Source: an uncultured virus (IMG/VR IMGVR_UViG_3300030508_000023) (lineage: Duplodnaviria > Heunggongvirae > Uroviricota > Caudoviricetes). Taken from it: 20,000 nt of DNA. Shown here piece after piece: positions 16,561 to 20,000 of this stretch. The translations under genes and the position numbers were made by a program. The first letter of the stretch is position 1. The number at the start of each line of letters is the position of its first letter. The stretch lies in the IMG/VR virus record IMGVR_UViG_3300030508_000023. One strand, given 5' to 3'. The notes below the pieces were generated by a model. The model made no database searches. It saw only the letters and a program-made list of their open reading frames with translations, and was not told the DNA's origin.

Positions 16561-17117
16561 TCCTCCTCTTCGTCCCCCACCCGCAATCGACTCTTGAATT
16601 TGCTGATGTGTGGAAGCTCATCTATGCCTCTATTGGCAAGAGCGTCTGCAACTTCATTTCCTGGATGGCCATTGTGTCCTTTGACCCATGTCCACTTGGC
16701 TGACACCCCAGCCGCAGCCTTTGCAAGCCGCTGCCAGAGATCGAGGTTGGATACCTCCCTACCATTGGATCCAATCCATCCATTCTTTTTCCACTTGTGA
16801 ATCCACTCCTTCATGCCATTGACGACGTACTTACTGTCAGTGACTATTTCAACAGCGGCTTTCAATGAGTCGAAGTCAGGCATAGCGATAAGTAATTCAA
16901 GTGCCTGGACAGCAGCAGTCAACTCCATCTTCTGATTGGTTGTATTGTGCTGGCCACCATAGAGCCTTTGCTCCGTGTTGTCTGGTAGCTCTATGTACAC
17001 TCCCCACCCCCCCTTGCCAGGGTTGCCACGGCAAGCGCCATCTGAATAGACGACTATGTTGTTGGGGTCATGCCTGATAGGCTTTCTCTCCACTCTAGCT
17101 AGTTTGTTGTACAGCAT
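16557..17117 (-). CDS. rnhA: ribonuclease HI
   Basis: YSDGACRGNPGKGGWG, TTNQKMELTA, TDSKYV, WKKNGW, NLDLW, WVKGHNGHPGNEVADALA; likely start ATG 17117. Confidence 0.95.
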   Translation of the reverse strand: MLYNKLARVERKPIRHDPNNIVVYSDGACRGNPGKGGWGVYIELPDNTEQRLYGGQHNTTNQKMELTAAVQALELLIAMPDFDSLKAAVEIVTDSKYVVNGMKEWIHKWKKNGWIGSNGREVSNLDLWQRLAKAAAGVSAKWTWVKGHNGHPGNEVADALANRGIDELPHISKFKSRLRVGDEEEE

Positions 17118-17880
17118 TTGGATTTTTGTATTCGAGGTTAGATAGATTCCAATTAAATGGATTGCCATCAATGAAATTAGGCCTGTGGTCTTGGCTTGGC
17201 GGTTGCCCCTTCCATGCCCTCAGGATTATCCCAGGGCCGTAGATGTCTGGGAGTCCGTCAGTGACATTTGATGGGAACTGAGTTCCAGCACTATTGTGCC
17301 CAAACCTCGTGCACTCAACTGGGTCACGGTAAATGGTTCCACCGTCGACTTCATTGTTCTCAGAGAAAGCCCAAATTCTGCCATTCCTTGTGACAGCTAC
17401 GCGCTTGGTTACCCAGGTAGCTTGAGACCCCTCTATTTCCCAGGGAGAGCAAACTCCACCCCATCCTATAAATGGGTTTACAACACAACCATGTGTTGCT
17501 CCATACTCAGATTTATGACATGGGTCATCCAGATCGGGACACCCCACCCCCCAAGGAGATATTCTCTCCATTATACCACGGTCACTACGATAATGCTGAG
17601 GCCACCCCCTGAGGGCATTCTCGCTACGATTATGTATGGTACAATTCTCACCCCTGCACCTTTCCTTGCTATGTGTGTTCACCAAGAATATATTCTCACT
17701 CCACTCAAGGAATATGCGATCACGTTCTTGCTCTTTCCTAGCCTTTGGTATTGACTCAATCAGCTTTTCAACAATAAGAGGATCTAGCTCACTATCGATT
17801 GTTTCAATCTGTTTCTGTAGCGTGACCTTACTGCGAAGCAACTCCTCCAATCTCGATTTCTGTTTTTTCTTTGTCGCCAT
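17095..17880 (-). CDS. multi-domain protein: coiled coil, Cys/His-rich domain and degenerate NUMOD4/HNH-like C-terminus
   Basis: HSKERC...CTIHN...ERISPWGVGCPD...HGC; AVTRNGRIW; NFIDGNPFNWNLSNLEY resembles the HNH_3 pattern NHIDGNxxNNxxxNLEW. Confidence 0.6.
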   Translation of the reverse strand: MATKKKQKSRLEELLRSKVTLQKQIETIDSELDPLIVEKLIESIPKARKEQERDRIFLEWSENIFLVNTHSKERCRGENCTIHNRSENALRGWPQHYRSDRGIMERISPWGVGCPDLDDPCHKSEYGATHGCVVNPFIGWGGVCSPWEIEGSQATWVTKRVAVTRNGRIWAFSENNEVDGGTIYRDPVECTRFGHNSAGTQFPSNVTDGLPDIYGPGIILRAWKGQPPSQDHRPNFIDGNPFNWNLSNLEYKNPNAVQQTS

Positions 17881-18466
17881 GTGTTATTTGTGTTGTTTGT
17901 GTTGTTTGTGTTATCGGCGGGTATTTTTCCTGCCTCTCCTTTACATAAGCTAGTGCACAACTCCATTCCAGTGGCCGATAGTTTACTTCGGGCCTCTCTA
18001 CAGAAACACAGAAGTACCTAGAGTCTGGGGTCCCATCTGGAAGCAACACCTGACGTGCATGAATATGTCCTTGAAAATTGGCTATGTTAGTACCAAGAGA
18101 GCCTGGGTGAACTGGTACATGGCTCATCCAATGGCAATCAAGTCTGTGATAGGCCCTTATGTCCTTGAAGTACTTCAGGTAATCCTTAGCTTGAAATATA
18201 TCGTGATTCCCCTTAATAAGCACTTTGTGCCCATTTAGCCTTGGCATCACTGCATCCATGGCTTGCTTCTTCATGGCGATATCCCCAAGGTAGTAAACCT
18301 TATCAACTGGTCGTACAATTTCGTTGTGCCACTTGATCAAGTCTTCATCCATATCATTTGGATTATCCCAAAGAGGACGAAGTGGACTACCATCTTCTCT
18401 TTTAAATTTGAATAGAGACCAATGCCCAAAGTGTGGGTCGGCCATTACAAAGATTTTATGGCTCAT
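17828..18466 (-). CDS. calcineurin-like metallophosphoesterase
   Basis: DPHFGH, LGD, GNHD, SHVP, GHIH motifs in order; start 18466 or 18484. Confidence 0.9.
   Translation of the reverse strand: MSHKIFVMADPHFGHWSLFKFKREDGSPLRPLWDNPNDMDEDLIKWHNEIVRPVDKVYYLGDIAMKKQAMDAVMPRLNGHKVLIKGNHDIFQAKDYLKYFKDIRAYHRLDCHWMSHVPVHPGSLGTNIANFQGHIHARQVLLPDGTPDSRYFCVSVERPEVNYRPLEWSCALAYVKERQEKYPPITQTTQTTQITHGDKEKTEIEIGGVASQ
17880..17914. repeat. 9-bp tandem repeat (TGTGTTRTT, about 4 copies)
   Basis: Read directly; encodes TQT repeats in the phosphoesterase tail and forms the leader of 17095..17880. Confidence 0.85.
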
Positions 18467-18671
18467 CTGGAAATTCTCCTGCATTTACCATCTCGTGGAT
18501 GGTCGCCTTAGGTGTCATGCCAGAAGCGAAGTATGGATAGATTCTACTCCAGTATAGAGGGCTCTTCGCACTTATCTTCCTGGGGTGGGTTCTTGGATGT
18601 TCCTTCTCCAAATCCTGCAACGCTCTCTCTGTCTCTTCTGCAAATTCTGGCAACGTCATGTTTGGTTTCAT
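18456..18671 (-). CDS. small hypothetical protein
   Basis: 71 aa, tightly packed between neighbours. Confidence 0.65.
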   Translation of the reverse strand: MKPNMTLPEFAEETERALQDLEKEHPRTHPRKISAKSPLYWSRIYPYFASGMTPKATIHEMVNAGEFPDEP

Positions 18672-18678
18672 TTGTGTT

Positions 18679-19029
18679 TTAGTGGTGAGTAAGAAGTGAA
18701 TAAAAATATTGGTGGTGGAATAATATATATACTACCCCCGCACCCAACATTAACAGGGATACTTGTATGGCCCCTTTGCCAGCTCCAATCCAAAAGTATG
18801 GAGACTTGAGCATAGATGTAAATCTAATCCTTTCAAAAATCTCCATCGATTTCGTACTTGAATACAAGGCTCCGCAGATCCATGCATACTTAACTCTCTC
18901 TTCTAGCGTTGGGGTGTGTGGCCTGCCAAATCCCAAAAATCTCTGAGCATCTTGACCCCAGTGTTTTTCAATCTCAGCATTAATAATTGACGCTGTCTCA
19001 TCTATTTTGTCGGTATTGTCTTTCATCAT
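18679..19029 (-). CDS. hypothetical protein with C-terminal TM helix
   Basis: 116 aa, AC-rich leader. Confidence 0.7.
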   Translation of the reverse strand: MMKDNTDKIDETASIINAEIEKHWGQDAQRFLGFGRPHTPTLEERVKYAWICGALYSSTKSMEIFERIRFTSMLKSPYFWIGAGKGAIQVSLLMLGAGVVYILFHHQYFYSLLTHH

Positions 19030-19231
19030 TTGTCGTTGTGTTTGTGTAAGTTTCGGGGATACTTATTTGGATGACTGTGTATCTGTATTCTGGACCTTGG
19101 TCTATTTCAACTTCTACTTGGTAATCCATAATCCCCATAGTGAATATCGCAATCAAGAAGATCACACGAAAGTGATTTGATTGGCTATCTTCCTCTTCGG
19201 TTGTCTTTTTTTTGAATTTCCCTGTCAGCAT
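18998..19231 (-). CDS. small hypothetical protein
   Basis: 77-aa ORF directly after the terminator; start uncertain. Confidence 0.45.
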   Translation of the reverse strand: MLTGKFKKKTTEEEDSQSNHFRVIFLIAIFTMGIMDYQVEVEIDQGPEYRYTVIQISIPETYTNTTTNDERQYRQNR

Positions 19232-19238
19232 AAATGCG

Positions 19239-19267
19239 AAAAAAGCCCCACTAGAATTAGTGGGGCT
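19239..19267 (-). terminator. intrinsic terminator
   Basis: AGCCCCACUA-AUUC-UAGUGGGGCU followed by UUUUU. Confidence 0.9.
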
Positions 19268-19286
19268 GGTTAGGAAAAACAGGAGG

Positions 19287-20000
19287 TTATCCCCTGTTTT
19301 TCACTCCATACAGCTTAGCAGCATCTGCCAATCCACTATCCGGCGTAAAGTTTCCCTTATCTGACGGGTCATATGTACTGGAGTTGTACCGGCTGGGGAT
19401 AATAGGGCTTGTCCTTACGGCTGGAGTTTCCATGTGTCCAAGGTCAGGTTCTTTTGGAAGCATGCTTCCTGGAGACGGCTGAGTCGCTGCCAATTGAATT
19501 AGCTTAAATGATGGTTGGTCTAGTGGTGCTGCACCATCTGGGATATTTGGGGCTCCAGGCTTAAGAAAAATAGCGCTACCGCCATTGCTGGCTCTGTAGG
19601 TTGTCCCTGGTGCAGTTCCTTTGTACAGAACTGAAGTGGGCTTTTGAGAGTTCTCTAGGTCTTGGTACATAGCGCTCTCCCTGGCGACATTGTCTCTAGC
19701 GCGATCAACAGCAACGCTGTGAATCATACCGGCAGTGTCTGGATTTGCACTAGGCAGAGTAAGTGGGGATGGCTTGTACTGGCCAGGAGCAACTGCTCCG
19801 CTTTGCACCATGTCGTGCATCTGCTTAAAATTGTCGAACCCAAGGTTCTTGGAATCAAGAACGTGGTGCCTGAGGACAGAAGCTGTGTTAGCTAGAGTCT
19901 GATTATCAACCCCCTTTCCGAATGTAACTCCAGAGCCTGGGATATTGCTCGCAATCCCAGTACCTATATCGTCGATCTTCTGATTGGCCCAATCATTATA
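19287..20000 (-). CDS. C-terminal part of a Pro/Ser/Ala-rich hypothetical protein (5' end outside the window)
   Basis: Frame of 19287..19820 remains open to the window edge (YNDWANQKIDDIG...). Confidence 0.75.
   Translation of the reverse strand, partial: YNDWANQKIDDIGTGIASNIPGSGVTFGKGVDNQTLANTASVLRHHVLDSKNLGFDNFKQMHDMVQSGAVAPGQYKPSPLTLPSANPDTAGMIHSVAVDRARDNVARESAMYQDLENSQKPTSVLYKGTAPGTTYRASNGGSAIFLKPGAPNIPDGAAPLDQPSFKLIQLAATQPSPGSMLPKEPDLGHMETPAVRTSPIIPSRYNSSTYDPSDKGNFTPDSGLADAAKLYGVKNRG

Noticed and set aside
17095..17400. Active homing endonuclease or mobile intron
   Set aside because: Catalytic His is absent, neighbouring genes are uninterrupted and no intron-like gap exists.
1..20000. 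Genome-wide TAG recoding, suggested by the amber-split ORF and the RF-like gene
   Set aside because: Conserved enzymes are intact in the standard code, and TAG terminates Nampt-like, Prs-like and PTP-like genes at sensible positions.
1..20000. CRISPR array, tRNA or rRNA genes
   Set aside because: No regularly spaced direct repeats or cloverleaf motifs seen by eye, and intergenic gaps are short; tRNAscan-SE would be needed to exclude tRNAs formally.

Overview
Dense, almost entirely minus-strand gene run that looks like part of a large dsDNA phage genome (many short or overlapping hypothetical genes, auxiliary metabolic genes, no bacterial housekeeping operon). Recognisable genes: a GGQ release-factor-domain protein (1195-1563), PhoH (11229-11945), a Prs-like/HAD-like/Nampt-like trio matching the phage NAD+ reconstitution (NARP1-type) layout (12918-15733), a Cys-dependent PTP-like phosphatase, RNase HI, a degenerate HNH fusion and a calcineurin-like phosphoesterase. 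The most striking unexplained structure is a 5.2-kb tandem array of ten highly diverged paralogs (4090-9270). They share the motif N-x-[LV]...F-x-x-[ILV]-K-P...W-G-[CSA]...F-x-T-x-x-G-x-P-x-K-V-[IM]-S-R-L-[AS], which recalls a remodelled DUF1281/YubB ferredoxin-like domain. Other points: a 90-codon ORF split by one in-frame TAG, divergent apparently leaderless promoters driving phoH and a lone plus-strand membrane peptide, AC-rich leaders lacking Shine-Dalgarno motifs, and tetraloop hairpins/terminators. All family calls come from motif recognition by eye; no searches were run.
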